Positions 45,358 through 57,206 of a stretch of DNA of 64,000 bases are shown one piece after another. Location: positions 14,508 to 78,507 of the forward strand of contig JAWKWN010000003.1 in NCBI GenBank assembly GCA_041397505.1, written 5' to 3'. How positions within the stretch are numbered: position 1 is the stretch's first letter; each line of letters opens with the position of its first letter. The notes beneath the pieces are model-generated. The model saw only the letters and a program-made list of their open reading frames with translations, ran no database searches and was not told the origin of the DNA. The position numbers were made by a program, and so were the translations under genes. The stretch comes from Nitratireductor sp. (GTDB lineage: Bacteria; Pseudomonadota; Alphaproteobacteria; Rhizobiales; Rhizobiaceae).

Positions 45358-45513
45358 GGTCTCGGCTTGATTCGGTCTGATGAATGCCTATTTGCATCGC
45401 CAGGGTGGCAATTCAAGCAGCGCTCAGCTTGATAAATTTGGCAAGAATCGTTTCTTTGTCCATAAGAACAGCCAGACTCTGCAACATCCTGCAGTGATTC
45501 GCCATTTGGCAAT

Positions 45514-45542
45514 CTTGCAGCATTGATGTGACCTTCTTATAT
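45514..45542 (+). promoter_or_regulatory. RpoH (sigma-32)-type heat-shock promoter candidate for dnaKJ
   Basis: CTTG-N18-CTTATAT fits the alphaproteobacterial CTTG-N17/18-CYTATNT pattern. It lies about 110 nt upstream of the dnaK ATG. Confidence 0.45.
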
Positions 45543-45649
45543 ACGCGGCAACGCAATTGTCCCGTGCAGTTGCCAATCATCCACAAGGAGCGGCCAAGGG
45601 GAATGCCTCAACAGGGTCCCGGTCGTTTGCTAGCAAGGAGCATATAGAA

Positions 45650-47560
45650 ATGGCAAAGGTTATTGGTATCGACCTTGGAACCACCAATTCATGCGTTGCC
45701 GTCATGGACGGCAAGGAACCCAAGGTAATCGAAAATTCCGAAGGCGCGCGCACAACGCCTTCCATGGTGGCATTTACCGATGATGGCGAACGCCTCGTTG
45801 GCCAGCCGGCAAAACGGCAGGCAGTCACCAATCCTGAAAACACCCTGTTTGCCGTAAAGCGCCTGATTGGCCGCCGTTACGACGACAAGATCATCGCCAA
45901 GGACAAGGATCTTGTGTCCTACCAGATCGTCAAGGGCGACAATGGCGATGCATGGGTCGAAGCCGGTGGCCAGAAATCCTCGCCGTCGCAGATTTCCGCA
46001 ATGATCCTCCAGAAAATGAAGGAAACCGCGGAAGCCTATCTCGGCGAAAAGGTCGAACAGGCCGTCATTACGGTTCCCGCCTATTTCAACGACGCCCAGC
46101 GCCAGGCAACCAAGGATGCAGGCAAGATTGCCGGCCTTGACGTATTGCGCATCATCAACGAGCCGACTGCTGCTGCCCTTGCCTATGGTCTCGACAAGAC
46201 CGAGGGCAAGACCATTGCGGTCTATGACCTTGGTGGCGGTACATTCGATATCTCGATCCTGGAAATCGGCGATGGCGTCTTCGAGGTGAAGTCGACCAAT
46301 GGCGACACATTCCTCGGCGGTGAAGACTTCGACATGCTGCTCGTGGACTACCTCGCCGAAGAGTTCAAGAAAGAGCAGGGCATCAACCTCAAGACCGACA
46401 AGATGGCGTTGCAGCGCCTGAAGGAAGCAGCCGAAAAGGCCAAGATCGAACTGTCATCCGGTTCGCAGACCGAAATCAACCTGCCCTTCATCACCGCTGA
46501 CAAGTCTGGTCCCAAGCACCTGACGATGAAGCTGACCCGTGCAAAGTTCGAATCGCTCGTCGAGGCACTGGTCAAGCGTACCATCGAGCCGTGCAAGGCA
46601 GCGCTCAAGGATGCCGGTCTGAAGGCCGCGGAAATCGACGAAGTCGTTCTGGTCGGCGGCATGACACGCATGCCGAAAATCCAGCAGGTAGTGAAGGACT
46701 TCTTCGGCAAGGAACCGCACAAGGGCGTCAATCCTGATGAAGTCGTTGCGATGGGTGCCGCCATTCAGGCCGGTGTTCTGCAGGGCGACGTCAAGGACGT
46801 GCTGCTGCTGGATGTCACCCCGCTCTCGCTCGGCATTGAAACGCTGGGCGGTGTGTTCACCCGCCTCATCGATCGCAATACCACGATCCCGACCAAGAAG
46901 AGCCAGGTCTTCTCGACTGCCGATGACAATCAGGCAGCGGTTACCATCCGGGTCTTCCAGGGCGAGCGTGAAATGGCGGCTGACAACAAGATGCTCGGCC
47001 AGTTTGACCTGATGGGTATTCCACCGGCACCGCGCGGCATGCCGCAGATCGAAGTCACTTTCGACATCGACGCCAACGGCATCGTCAATGTTTCTGCCCG
47101 CGACAAGGGAACCGGCAAGGAACAGCAGATCTCGATCAAGGCGTCGGGCGGTCTGTCCGATGAGGACATCGAGAAGATGGTCAAGGATGCCGAGGCACAT
47201 GCCGAGGAAGACAAGAAGAAGCGCGACGCAGTAGAGGCGAAGAACCAGGCCGAATCGCTGCTGCATTCTTCGGAAAAGTCGTTGTCCGAGCACGGCGACA
47301 AGGTATCTGCCGACGTCAAGCAGGAGATCGAGACGGCAATCGCCGATCTGCGCACCTCCATTGAAGGCGGCGATGCCGAGGACATCAAGGCCAAGTCGGA
47401 AAGCCTGGCCACTGCGTCGATGAAGCTCGGCCAGGCCATCTACGAGGCAAGCCAGAAGGAGGCGGCTGAATCAGACGCAGCCTCCGACGCATCAAAGGAC
47501 GAAGATGTCGTTGACGCCGATTTCGAGGAAATCGACGACGACGAAAAGAAATCGGCCTGA
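45650..47560 (+). CDS. dnaK: molecular chaperone DnaK
   Basis: 636 aa intact from [14 protein letters not shown]. Confidence 0.98.
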   Translation: MAKVIGIDLGTTNSCVAVMDGKEPKVIENSEGARTTPSMVAFTDDGERLVGQPAKRQAVTNPENTLFAVKRLIGRRYDDKIIAKDKDLVSYQIVKGDNGDAWVEAGGQKSSPSQISAMILQKMKETAEAYLGEKVEQAVITVPAYFNDAQRQATKDAGKIAGLDVLRIINEPTAAALAYGLDKTEGKTIAVYDLGGGTFDISILEIGDGVFEVKSTNGDTFLGGEDFDMLLVDYLAEEFKKEQGINLKTDKMALQRLKEAAEKAKIELSSGSQTEINLPFITADKSGPKHLTMKLTRAKFESLVEALVKRTIEPCKAALKDAGLKAAEIDEVVLVGGMTRMPKIQQVVKDFFGKEPHKGVNPDEVVAMGAAIQAGVLQGDVKDVLLLDVTPLSLGIETLGGVFTRLIDRNTTIPTKKSQVFSTADDNQAAVTIRVFQGEREMAADNKMLGQFDLMGIPPAPRGMPQIEVTFDIDANGIVNVSARDKGTGKEQQISIKASGGLSDEDIEKMVKDAEAHAEEDKKKRDAVEAKNQAESLLHSSEKSLSEHGDKVSADVKQEIETAIADLRTSIEGGDAEDIKAKSESLATASMKLGQAIYEASQKEAAESDAASDASKDEDVVDADFEEIDDDEKKSA

Positions 47561-47577
47561 CGATTCCATGCAAGCAA

Positions 47578-47620
47578 CACCCCTGAAAGCGTCGAAAAGC
47601 GCCTTCAGGGGTGCTTTTGT
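47578..47620 (+). terminator. hairpin plus T-tract between dnaK and dnaJ (partial terminator/attenuator)
   Basis: CACCCCTGAAAGCG-loop-CGCCTTCAGGGGTG (one mismatch), followed by CTTTTGTG. Confidence 0.55.
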
Positions 47621-47670
47621 GTCCACATTCGGGATGACCGAACGGAAAGATCCTGGGAGCGCAATGCGGA

Positions 47671-48807
47671 ATGGCCAAGTCTGATTATTACGAGACATTG
47701 GGCGTCGAACGTGGCGTCGACGAAAAGGCGCTGAAGAGCGCGTTTCGAAAGAAGGCGATGCAATTTCACCCCGACCGAAATCCGGGTGATGCAACGGCCG
47801 AGGCCAAGTTCAAGGAATTGAACGAAGCCTATGAGGTCCTGAAGGACCCACAAAAGCGTTCGGCCTATGACCGTTTTGGCCATGCAGCCTTCGAACAGGG
47901 CAATGGCGGCATGGGCGGTGGTTTTGGCGGCGGTGGTGCCAGCGCCTTTTCCGACATTTTCGAGGACATTTTCGGCGAGATGATGGGCGGTCGCGGTCGC
48001 GCGCGTTCGGGCGGTCGTGAGCGTGGCGCTGACCTGCGCTACAACATGGAAGTCACGCTCGAAGAGGCGTGGGCCGGGAAGAATGCCGAAATTTCGGTGC
48101 CGACCGCGATCACCTGCGAAACCTGTTCTGGCTCCGGTTCAAAACCCGGCTCGTCGCCGAAGACCTGCGCGACCTGTTCAGGCTCTGGCAGGGTAAGGGC
48201 TGCATCCGGCTTTTTCTCGATCGAGCGCACCTGCCCGACCTGTCAGGGGCGGGGCGAGGTGATTTCCGACCCCTGTGGCAAATGCCATGGCCAGGGCAGG
48301 GTAACGCGGGAACGTACGCTGTCGGTGAACATTCCGGCGGGCATCGAGGATGGCGTGCGTATTCGCCTCGCTGGTGAGGGTGAAGCGGGCGCACGCGGTG
48401 GACCGGCGGGTGATCTCTATATATTTCTTTCGGTCAGGCCGCATGAATTCTTTCAGCGTGATGGTGCCGATCTGTTCTGCCGCATACCTGTGTCGATGAC
48501 GACAGCAGCACTGGGTGGCCAGTTCGAGGTTACCACGCTTGATGGTGCCAAGACGCGGGTGAAGGTTCCTGAAGCCACGCAGACCGGCAAGCAGTTCCGG
48601 CTGAAGGGCAAGGGAATGCCGGTCATGCGTACCAGCAATCATGGTGATCTCTATATCCAGGTCGCGGTTGAAACCCCGCAAAACCTGACACGCCGCCAGC
48701 GCGAATTGCTGGAGGAGTTCAACAAGATTTCGTCGGAAAACAACAATCCCGAATCAAGCGGTTTCTTTTCAAAGATGAAGAATTTCCTCGACGGGCTGGC
48801 AGATTGA
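47671..48807 (+). CDS. dnaJ: molecular chaperone DnaJ
   Basis: 378 aa intact, with a J domain (HPDRNPGD), a G/F region and four CxxCxGxG zinc motifs. Confidence 0.97.
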   Translation: MAKSDYYETLGVERGVDEKALKSAFRKKAMQFHPDRNPGDATAEAKFKELNEAYEVLKDPQKRSAYDRFGHAAFEQGNGGMGGGFGGGGASAFSDIFEDIFGEMMGGRGRARSGGRERGADLRYNMEVTLEEAWAGKNAEISVPTAITCETCSGSGSKPGSSPKTCATCSGSGRVRAASGFFSIERTCPTCQGRGEVISDPCGKCHGQGRVTRERTLSVNIPAGIEDGVRIRLAGEGEAGARGGPAGDLYIFLSVRPHEFFQRDGADLFCRIPVSMTTAALGGQFEVTTLDGAKTRVKVPEATQTGKQFRLKGKGMPVMRTSNHGDLYIQVAVETPQNLTRRQRELLEEFNKISSENNNPESSGFFSKMKNFLDGLAD

Positions 48808-48832
48808 GCAGCTCCGCACCAACCGGATATTT

Positions 48833-49423
48833 TTGATGAAAACTCCCAGGATACTGGTTCTTCCAGGTTCGAACAGATCCGGCTCCCACAATGTGCGATT
48901 GGCCGCAACGCTGACCAAGCATCTATCGCTGCTTGAATGTGATGTGACACGCATATCGCTGGCCGATTACCCGTTACCGATTTACGATGCCGATCTTGAG
49001 ACGCAAAAGGGTCAGCCTGAAAATGCCCGCAAACTGGCGCGGCTGTTTCATGAGCATGACGGTGTTGTTCTCGTCTCGCCAGAATACAATACCTCTGTGA
49101 CGCCATTGATGAAGAACACCATCGACTGGATCAGCCGTGTCGGCTCTGATCAGCATGGAAAACTGGTTCCCTATCGCGGCAAGATCTTTGCCATCGCATC
49201 GGCTTCACCGGGTGCCTATGGCGGTATTCGTGGCCTCAACCATTTGCGCGCCATCCTCGTCAATGTAGGTGCACTGGTTCTGACCGAGCAGCTTGCGGTG
49301 GCAAACGCAGAAAATGCCTTTGACGACATGGATGAATTGACCGACAAGCGTGCATCAGGCTTTCTTGATGCCTTGGCGCGTTCGGTAGCCGAAAAGTCCG
49401 CCGCCTTTTCCGCGCGTGGCTGA
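48833..49423 (+). CDS. NADPH-dependent FMN reductase family oxidoreductase
   Basis: 196 aa with ILVLPGSNRSGSHN and LVSPEYNTSVTPLMKNTIDW. Confidence 0.8.
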   Translation: MMKTPRILVLPGSNRSGSHNVRLAATLTKHLSLLECDVTRISLADYPLPIYDADLETQKGQPENARKLARLFHEHDGVVLVSPEYNTSVTPLMKNTIDWISRVGSDQHGKLVPYRGKIFAIASASPGAYGGIRGLNHLRAILVNVGALVLTEQLAVANAENAFDDMDELTDKRASGFLDALARSVAEKSAAFSARG

Positions 49424-49454
49424 TCCGCGGCAGTGATTCGAACAGGAGCAGGGT

Positions 49455-50165
49455 ATGGCGATCAAGGAAGATGTTTTTCGTGACCGGCTGATTGTGGCGC
49501 TCGACCTGCCGTCTGTGGATGAAGCCCGCGACATGGTTCGCAGGATTGCCGGGGCCGCGACCAATTACAAGATCGGCTACCAGCTGGCACTTGCAGGTGG
49601 CATCGAGCTTGCCCGCGAACTGAAGGCTGAAGGTCACAAGGTCTTTCTCGACATGAAGCTGCTGGATATCGACAACACGGTGGCAAAGGCGGTGGAAAGC
49701 GCGGTTGCGCTTGGTGTCGACATGCTGACCCTGCATGCCTATCCCGAGGCCATGAAGGCAGCCGTTTCGGCGGCGAAGGGCAGCAATCTGTGCCTTCTGG
49801 GCGTCACCGTCCTGACTTCCATGGACGATGCGGACATCGCTGATGCAGGTTATTCCGGTAGCGTAACAGACCTTGTTGGCAAGCGCGCAATGCAGGCACG
49901 CGAAGCGGGAATGGGCGGAATTGTCTGCTCTCCACAGGAAGCCATGGCGATGCGCACGATACTGGGACCATCCATGGCGCTGGTTACCCCCGGTGTCCGG
50001 CCTGCAGGTAGCGATCATGGCGACCAGAAGCGCGTGGCCACACCATCCCAGGCAATGGCTGCTGGTGCCTCGCATCTTGTGGTGGGCCGTCCCGTTACCG
50101 GCGCGGCTGATCCTCGCCTGGCAGCACAGCAGATTGTCGATGAAATCGTATCAACGATAAACTGA
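49455..50165 (+). CDS. pyrF: orotidine-5'-phosphate decarboxylase
   Basis: 236 aa intact with [14 protein letters not shown] and GADHLVVGRP-like motifs. Confidence 0.95.
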   Translation: MAIKEDVFRDRLIVALDLPSVDEARDMVRRIAGAATNYKIGYQLALAGGIELARELKAEGHKVFLDMKLLDIDNTVAKAVESAVALGVDMLTLHAYPEAMKAAVSAAKGSNLCLLGVTVLTSMDDADIADAGYSGSVTDLVGKRAMQAREAGMGGIVCSPQEAMAMRTILGPSMALVTPGVRPAGSDHGDQKRVATPSQAMAAGASHLVVGRPVTGAADPRLAAQQIVDEIVSTIN

Positions 50166-50242
50166 CAGAAGAGCGCCGACCTCGCTCGCGCCCTGATTTC
50201 TGCTCCCCGTCTTTCCAGCTTTGTCTCGATTAGACTCATTTC

Positions 50243-50291
50243 GCACTTGCACAATCGAGTGCAGTGCAAAATAATGCACCGCCGAAGGTGC
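50243..50291. repeat. cluster of six GCAC/GTGC tetramers forming nested inverted repeats upstream of phaZ
   Basis: tcGCACtTGCACaatcgaGTGCaGTGCaaaataaTGCACcgccgaagGTGCgg, read directly. It lies 50-95 nt upstream of the phaZ ATG. Confidence 0.6.
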
Positions 50292-50338
50292 GGACCGGTT
50301 TCACTGGAAATCCGCACCAATAATGAAAGCAGGCGACG

Positions 50339-51619
50339 ATGTATTACATGCTTTATGAAATGTCCCACGCAGTGCTTGGTCCCTGGCGCGCTGCAGCAGA
50401 CGCAACGCGTCTGTTCTACTCCAATCCGGTCAATCCGGCCTCCCACACCAATTTCGGCAAACAGATGGCTGCTTCGGCGGAGGTCTTCGAGCGCGTAACC
50501 CGCCGCTATGGAAAACCGGAATTCGGCATTACCGAAACCAAAGTCAACGGAATGGCCGTTCCCGTTACCGAGAAGATTGTCTGGAAGCGGCCTTTTTGCA
50601 ACCTCATCCATTTTCAGCGCGCCCTGCCCGAAGGCAAGAGCGCAGGTCCGAGAATCCTTATCGTCGCGCCCATGTCCGGCCACTATGCCACCTTGCTGCG
50701 CGGCACCGTCGAGGAAATGGTCCAGCATGGTGATGTCTACATAACCGACTGGATTGATGCCCGCATGGTTCCGGTAACCGATGGCAGTTTCGATCTGGAC
50801 GATTACATCGACTATGTGATGTCGATCCTGCATTTCCTCGGTTCGAACACCCATGTCATGGCAGTTTGCCAGCCATCCGTTCCGGTTCTGGCCGCGGTAG
50901 CGCTCATGGAAGCGCGCAAGGATCAGCACGCACCAGCTTCAATGACCCTCATGGGTGGTCCCATTGACACCCGCGAGAACCCGACTGCGGTCAACAAGCT
51001 CGCGGAAGACAAGGGCATCGACTGGTTCCGCGACAATGTCATCATGAATGTGCCATTTCCCCATCCTGGCTTCATGCGCGACGTCTATCCCGGCTTTCTC
51101 CAGCTTTCTGGCTTCATGTCGATGAACCTGGATCGCCATATCGTGGCACATCAGGAATTCTTCGCGCATCTGGTTCGCGATGACGGCGATTCAGCCGAAA
51201 AGCACCGCGAATTCTATGACGAATATCTCGCAGTCATGGACCTGGATGCCGCATTCTACCTCCAAACGGTCGATGCTGTATTTGTCCGGCATGCGCTGCC
51301 GAAAGGTGAATTGATGCACCGCGGCACCCGCGTCGATTGTTCGGCCATTACCACGACCGCACTGATGACAGTGGAAGGCGAGAATGACGACATTTCCGGT
51401 CTGGGCCAGACAAGGGCGGCACACAAATTGTGCCTGAACCTGCCAGAGGAAAAGCGTGTTCACTACATGCAGCCAAAAGTCGGTCATTACGGCGTCTTCA
51501 ACGGCTCGCGGTTCCGCGCGGAAATTTCACCACGCATTCGTGACTTCATGCTGTCGAATGACCAGTCGATGCAGGCCCGCAAGAAACCCGCCTCAACCCG
51601 GAAGTCGATCAAGGCCTGA
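50339..51619 (+). CDS. phaZ: intracellular polyhydroxyalkanoate (PHB) depolymerase
   Basis: 426 aa intact. MYYMLYEMSHA...LLIVAPMSGHYATLLRGTV is typical of the PhaZ family. Confidence 0.85.
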   Translation: MYYMLYEMSHAVLGPWRAAADATRLFYSNPVNPASHTNFGKQMAASAEVFERVTRRYGKPEFGITETKVNGMAVPVTEKIVWKRPFCNLIHFQRALPEGKSAGPRILIVAPMSGHYATLLRGTVEEMVQHGDVYITDWIDARMVPVTDGSFDLDDYIDYVMSILHFLGSNTHVMAVCQPSVPVLAAVALMEARKDQHAPASMTLMGGPIDTRENPTAVNKLAEDKGIDWFRDNVIMNVPFPHPGFMRDVYPGFLQLSGFMSMNLDRHIVAHQEFFAHLVRDDGDSAEKHREFYDEYLAVMDLDAAFYLQTVDAVFVRHALPKGELMHRGTRVDCSAITTTALMTVEGENDDISGLGQTRAAHKLCLNLPEEKRVHYMQPKVGHYGVFNGSRFRAEISPRIRDFMLSNDQSMQARKKPASTRKSIKA

Positions 51620-51821
51620 TGGACAATTCCCTGTAGCATTTCCCGTTTCGCCAGAAGCGGGATATGCGGGCATAGCATGATTGTGAGCCGGCTCTGATTG
51701 TATGGTGGCAATCCGGGGTCAGGAGAAAATTCCCTAACGTAACTTGATTCACGACGATTTGATCCCCAACTGAAACGGGAAGGCAATACCGCCTTCGTTC
51801 AGAAGAAGGGGTGATCATTTC

Positions 51822-52298
51822 ATGACACACACCGCATTTGTCCGTCCGGCATGGACCCCGGTAACCATCGCGATGATGATTATCGGCTTCATGGTGTTCT
51901 GGCCACTTGGTCTTGCCATGCTTGCCTATATCCTTTGGGGCGACCGGCTTGAGGAATTCAAGTCGAATGTCAATCGCGCCACAGACAGGGCAGGTCAGTC
52001 ATTCTCCGGCTCCTGGGGTCGCGGTTGCGGCCACAAGCGTAACGGCTTCAGCGCCCGTACCGGCAATGTAGCCTTTGATGAATGGCGTGATGGCGAACTG
52101 GAGCGCCTCGAAGAAGAGCGTCGCAAGCTTGATGAGATGCGCGCCGAATTCGACGAATATCTTCGTGAACTGCGCCGTGCGCGCGATTCGGAAGAGTTCG
52201 AAGCGTTCCGCAAGGCTCACAATGCCCGGAAATCGTCTGATACATCCGATGATGGTCCTGCTGGTCCAAAGGGCCGCCGCAGCGTACCGGAAGTCTGA
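51822..52298 (+). CDS. DUF2852 domain protein
   Basis: 158 aa with an N-terminal TM segment (IAMMIIGFMVFWPLGLAMLAYILWG) and a charged coiled C-terminus (FDEWRDGELERLEEERRKLDEMRAEF). Confidence 0.6.
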   Translation: MTHTAFVRPAWTPVTIAMMIIGFMVFWPLGLAMLAYILWGDRLEEFKSNVNRATDRAGQSFSGSWGRGCGHKRNGFSARTGNVAFDEWRDGELERLEEERRKLDEMRAEFDEYLRELRRARDSEEFEAFRKAHNARKSSDTSDDGPAGPKGRRSVPEV

Positions 52299-52408
52299 GT
52301 TCAGGCATAATCAGCAAGATACGGGGCCCACGGGTCCCGTTTTGCGTCTTCGGGTTCGGCGAATCGGCTATACTGCGCCTTCTGCCAAATCCAGTTTGCC
52401 AGGAACCG

Positions 52409-53152
52409 ATGCGCTTCTTTTCTGCAAGACCACCCTCCAAGAGACAGGCCCGTGAAGTGGTGGCTGATGGTGCCGTCCTGCCGGTCAGCGTTGTCGAAAG
52501 CGCGCGTGCAACGCGGTTGACATTGCGCATCGTACCAGGCGGCAAGGCGCTGAAGGTTACCATTCCTCCGCATGTCAGCGACAAGCAGGTCGACCAGTTC
52601 ATTGCCCGCAATCAGAACTGGATTGCCACGCGCATCGCCCGTATCCCGCAACCTGTCGAGGCAGATAGCGGAGCATTGGTGCCCTATCTCGGCATTGACC
52701 ACCGCATCATTCATCTTGATCGCCTGCGCGGGGTCGTCGAGGCGCGCGAGGTGGCTGGAGAACCGGCATTGCTGGTGCCGGGCGAACCATCCCGGGTGGC
52801 AGGAAAGCTGGCTGCCTTCCTCAAGGCACGTGCGCGCGAACAACTCAACCTTGCAGTGGACCGGCATTGCCGGTCGCTGGGGGTGCGCGCCAGGACCATC
52901 CGTATCACCGACACTACCAGCCGTTGGGGATCATGCTCGACAACCAGGACGCTTTCCTTTTCCTGGCGTATCATAATGGCACCGCCCGAAGTGCTGGACT
53001 ACCTCGCAGCCCATGAAGTCGCCCATCTTCGCGAGATGAACCACAGCCAGGCATTCTGGGACCTTGTGCGCGACATCTGTCCGCAGATGGAGCGGCACAA
53101 ATCCTGGTTGCGTCGCAATGGCGCAAAACTTCATTCGATAAGGCTCGACTGA
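52409..53152 (+). CDS. M48/YgjP-like (DUF45) metal-dependent hydrolase
   Basis: 247 aa with TSRWGSCS and the HEVAHLREMNH (HExxH) motif. Confidence 0.75.
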   Translation: MRFFSARPPSKRQAREVVADGAVLPVSVVESARATRLTLRIVPGGKALKVTIPPHVSDKQVDQFIARNQNWIATRIARIPQPVEADSGALVPYLGIDHRIIHLDRLRGVVEAREVAGEPALLVPGEPSRVAGKLAAFLKARAREQLNLAVDRHCRSLGVRARTIRITDTTSRWGSCSTTRTLSFSWRIIMAPPEVLDYLAAHEVAHLREMNHSQAFWDLVRDICPQMERHKSWLRRNGAKLHSIRLD

Positions 53153-53153
53153 C

Positions 53154-54166
53154 ATGGATCAGCCGGAAAACTTCACACAGGGTTCGCCTTTCACTTTGAC
53201 GGCAAGGGCGGTGGGGTGGAAATTCCGCCATCGCTGGCGATTGAGCATTTCGCATCGGCCGACCAGCCACAGCGTGGAAAACGCAAACCCGGTGGTTTTG
53301 TCTGGCTGCATTGCCAGCGCGACAGCGAACCGGCTACCGCCTTGACGGCCAGTGGCACGGTGGATGCGCTCGTCCTGGACACGCTGTTTGCCGATGAAAC
53401 CCGGCCGCGCACCAGCATGCAGGGCGAAGACGGAATCCTGCTCAACCTTCGTGGCGTCAATCTCAATCCCGGTTCCGAGCCGGAAGACATGATTTCGGTT
53501 CGGTTCTGGATGACGGCCAATACCGTTCTCGGCATCTGGGTCAGGCCGCTGGTGGCAACGCGTGAACTGGTGAGCGCCATCCGCAAGGGCCATTGCCCCT
53601 CGACACCGGGCGAACTGATTGCGCGTCTTGCCCTGCGTATTGCCGACAACATGGAACCCGTCATTGCCGATCTGAGCGAGCGCATCGACGCGCTGGAGCT
53701 TGTAAGCGTCAATGGCAGCACCGTTCCCCACCGCCGCGAACTTGCCGAACTGCGCCGCAGCTCGATCGCGCTGCGCCGCTTCATGTCACCGCAACGCGAT
53801 GCCCTGACGACCCTCGAGATCGAGGATCTGACATGGATGCAGGAACGCGATCGCAGCCGCTTGCGCGAGGCTTCTGATCGCATCTTGCGGATGAATGAAG
53901 AACTTGAAATGGTCCGCGAGCGCGCATCGGTGGTGCATGACGAGATCATGGATGCGCGGGCCGAACGGATGAACCGCCAGATGGTCGTCCTGTCCGTGGT
54001 CGCCGCAGTCTTTCTTCCGTTGTCCCTGCTGGCTGGCATGCTAGGCATGAATGTCGGTGGTATTCCGGGCATCAACGACCCGCATGCGTTTCTGGTGATT
54101 TCGATATCCATGCTCGTCATCGCCGCCCTGCTCGGACTGGCCTTTCGTTGGTTTCGCGTTATCTGA
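53154..54166 (+). pseudogene. zntB: CorA-family zinc transporter ZntB, one frameshift near 53186
   Basis: The ATG at 53154 (MDQPENFTQG) joins FAFHFDGKGGGVEIPPSL... of ORF 53216..54166 after a one-base shortfall in a T run. GMNVGG and two C-terminal TM segments are present. Confidence 0.8.
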
Positions 54167-54271
54167 TGATTGGTCGGGCGGCGGAATTGGCCTCGCATAT
54201 GGACTCGCAGTGCCATTTCTGGCACGTGAAACCGTCGCATGGCAGTATGACGGTTGAGGATGATGGGCAGC

Positions 54272-54927
54272 ATGGACATCAAGATTTGCGGACTTTCCAC
54301 GGCTGAGGCTCTTGACGCTGTCATTGACGGCGGCGCTTCGCATGCCGGCTTCATCTTCTTTGAAAAAAGCCCGCGCAATGTCACCCCTGTTCAGGCTGCA
54401 ACCCTGGCTGAGCGCGCGCGCGGGCGCGTGCTGACCGTTGCAGTTACCGTCGACGAAAGCGATGACGCGATGGATGCAATCGTGTCGATCATGCAGCCGG
54501 ACATGCTGCAGTTTCACGGCAGGGAGACGCCACAGCGGATCGCGGCCTTGAAGGCGAAATACGCACTTCCCGCAATCAAGGCATTTTCCATACGCTCAGC
54601 TGACGACCTGAAGGCATTTGCGCCCTATCTCGGAATTGCCGATTGCTTTCTTTTCGATGCAAAACCGCCAAAGGGATCGGATCTGCCCGGGGGCAATGGT
54701 GTATCCTTCGATTGGTCGCTGATGGACGGGCTTGACCCGGACCTGCCATACATGCTTTCGGGTGGGATTGGACCGGAAAATCTGGAAAAGGCGATTGCCG
54801 GGTCAGGCCGCCCGGCATTGATATCTCGTCAGGGGTCGAATCCTCGCCCGGCAGGAAGGACCCTGACAAAATTAGCAGTTTGCTTGCGCAAGCCCGGAAA
54901 ATGGATGCAATTGCAAATGGCCGTTGA
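54272..54927 (+). pseudogene. trpF: phosphoribosylanthranilate isomerase, one frameshift near 54805
   Basis: MDIKICGL...LSGGIGPENLEKAIAGSG | APGIDISSGVESSPGRKDPDKISSLLAQARKMDAIANGR* (stop at 54925-54927). Confidence 0.85.
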
Positions 54928-54984
54928 AAAAAGCCGGGTGGCATATCAAGCCACCATGCAGGATGAAACAGGAGCAGGCATAGC

Positions 54985-56205
54985 GTGACAAAACCAGTCG
55001 AACCCAATTCGTTCCGCACAGGACCCGACGAGAGCGGCCATTTCGGAATTTTCGGCGGACGCTATGTTGCCGAAACACTGATGCCGCTCATCCTCGAACT
55101 CGAGCAGGCCTATCGCGATGCCAAGAATGACCCGGCCTTTCATGCAGAGCTCGAAAACCTGAACAAGCATTATACGGGCCGCCCCTCGCCGCTGTATTTT
55201 GCCGAAAGGCTGACCCAGCATCTTGGCGGTGCAAAAATCTACTTCAAGCGCGACGAGCTGAACCACACCGGAAGCCACAAGATCAACAATTGCCTTGGTC
55301 AGATCCTGCTTGCCCGGCGAATGGGAAAGACCCGCATCATTGCCGAGACGGGGGCTGGGCAGCACGGCGTGGCATCTGCCACGGTTTCAGCGCGGTTCGG
55401 CTATCCCTGTGTGGTGTACATGGGCAAGACCGATGTCGAGCGCCAGTCGCCCAACGTGTTTCGCATGAAGCTCCTGGGTGCCGAGGTCATGCCGGTCACC
55501 TCCGGCGCCGGTACGCTCAAGGATGCGATGAATGAAGCCCTTCGCGACTGGGTTACCAATGTTCGCGACACCTATTACATCATCGGCACCGCAGCAGGCC
55601 CGCATCCCTATCCGGAGCTGGTTCGCGATTTCCAGTCGGTCATCGGCAAGGAATTGCGTGGCCAGATGCTGGAAGCCGAAGGACGCCTGCCGGACATGCT
55701 GATTGCCGCGGTAGGCGGTGGCTCCAACGCCATCGGTCTGTTTCATCCTTTCCTCGATGACAAGGAAATCGAGATCATTGGCGTGGAAGCGGGCGGTCAT
55801 GGCCTTGACGGTGATGAGCACTGTGCCTCGATTACCGCTGGTACTCCCGGTGTTCTCCATGGCAACCGTACCTTCCTGCTTCAGGACGCTGACGGCCAGA
55901 TCAAGGAAGGCCATTCCATATCCGCTGGTCTGGACTATCCCGGTATCGGCCCCGAGCATTCCTGGCTCAAGGATACGGGTCGCGTCGAATATGTCCCGAT
56001 CATGGATACCGAGGCATTGGAGGCGTTTCAGCTGCTTTGTCGGCTGGAGGGCATCATTCCGGCTCTGGAACCTTCCCACGCACTGGCTGAGGTCATCAAG
56101 CGCGCCCCCGGGATGCGAAAGGACCAGATTATCGTCATGAATCTCTGTGGCCGTGGCGACAAGGATGTCTTCACCGTCAGCAAGCATCTCGGCTTTGAAC
56201 TCTGA
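54985..56205 (+). CDS. trpB: tryptophan synthase beta chain
   Basis: 406 aa intact with a GTG start behind [14 protein letters not shown] holds the PLP lysine. Confidence 0.97.
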   Translation: MTKPVEPNSFRTGPDESGHFGIFGGRYVAETLMPLILELEQAYRDAKNDPAFHAELENLNKHYTGRPSPLYFAERLTQHLGGAKIYFKRDELNHTGSHKINNCLGQILLARRMGKTRIIAETGAGQHGVASATVSARFGYPCVVYMGKTDVERQSPNVFRMKLLGAEVMPVTSGAGTLKDAMNEALRDWVTNVRDTYYIIGTAAGPHPYPELVRDFQSVIGKELRGQMLEAEGRLPDMLIAAVGGGSNAIGLFHPFLDDKEIEIIGVEAGGHGLDGDEHCASITAGTPGVLHGNRTFLLQDADGQIKEGHSISAGLDYPGIGPEHSWLKDTGRVEYVPIMDTEALEAFQLLCRLEGIIPALEPSHALAEVIKRAPGMRKDQIIVMNLCGRGDKDVFTVSKHLGFEL

Positions 56206-56221
56206 AATCTGGACCAGGCGC

Positions 56222-57063
56222 ATGACCACACGCATTGATACCCGTTTTGCTGCCCTCAAGGCAGAAGGCCGCCCCGCGCTTGTCACTTTTGTCACGGCGG
56301 GCGATCCCGATTACGATACATCGCTTGAAATCATCCGCGGCCTTCCCGGCGCCGGCGCTGATCTGATCGAGCTTGGCATGCCGTTTTCAGATCCGATGGC
56401 GGATGGTCCGGCAGTGCAGCTCGCCGGACGCCGTGCGTTGATGGCTGGACAGAACATGGTCAAGACGCTGAAAATGGTGAAGGAATTTCGCCAGGGCGAT
56501 CCTGATACACCCGTTATCCTGATGGGTTATTACAATCCAATCTACATTTACGGCAGTGAACGGTTTCTCGCCGACGCCAAGGCTGCCGGTGTTGATGGCT
56601 TGATCATCGTCGATCTTCCACCGGAAGAAGACAGTGAGCTTTGTGTTCCCACACTCGCAGCCGGGCTCAATTTCATTCGCCTCGCCACACCTACAACCGA
56701 TGCAAAGCGGCTGGAGCGGGTTTTGAAAAACACGTCCGGTTTCGTCTATTATGTTTCGATTACCGGCATCACCGGGTCTGCCGCGCCGACACGGCCGAGG
56801 TTGCCGCTTCGGTTGCCCATATAAAGGCGAAGACCGATCTTCCCGTTGCAGTGGGCTTTGGTGTCAGGACCCCCGAACAGGCTCGGGCGATTGGCGCTGG
56901 TGCGGACGGCGTTGTCGTGGGATCCGCAATTGTTGGAGCAATCGGTGACAGCCTTGACGGCAAAGGCAAGGCAACGCCAGGAACTGTTGGCGCTGTGCTT
57001 GAACTGGTGCGCGAACTGGCTGCGGGCGTGCGGGCCTCGCGAAAGCCTGTCACTCCAGCCTGA
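56222..57063 (+). pseudogene. trpA: tryptophan synthase alpha chain, one frameshift near 56785
   Basis: [17 protein letters not shown]...[13 protein letters not shown] | [33 protein letters not shown]... Confidence 0.9.
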
Positions 57064-57206
57064 CGGTTTTGCAAGCAGGGTCGACCGATGCTAACCAAAT
57101 TGGCTTTTTCACCCCATGGCGGGGCGAAATTTCGCCGCACTGCATGTATACAGGGTCAGATGATGCTGCCGGACTGGCAGAGTGTCCCGAAAGGAAATCT
57201 AAAGCG

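Noticed and set aside
46454-47293. 279-aa ORF antisense to dnaK (also 46930..47439 and 46348..46764)
   Set aside because: These are shadow ORFs opposite a highly conserved gene, with no motifs and no independent start or RBS evidence.
53191-54384. 397-aa ORF antisense to zntB
   Set aside because: Ser/Arg-rich shadow ORF. The plus-strand CorA/ZntB reading (GMN motif, two C-terminal TM segments) explains the region.
55387-56295. 302-aa ORF antisense to trpB; similar cases are 38358..39296 opposite hslU, 58440..59339 opposite folC, 50015..50929 opposite pyrF/phaZ and 10400..11101 opposite ftsK
   Set aside because: All lie inside well-supported conserved genes on the other strand and show no family resemblance.
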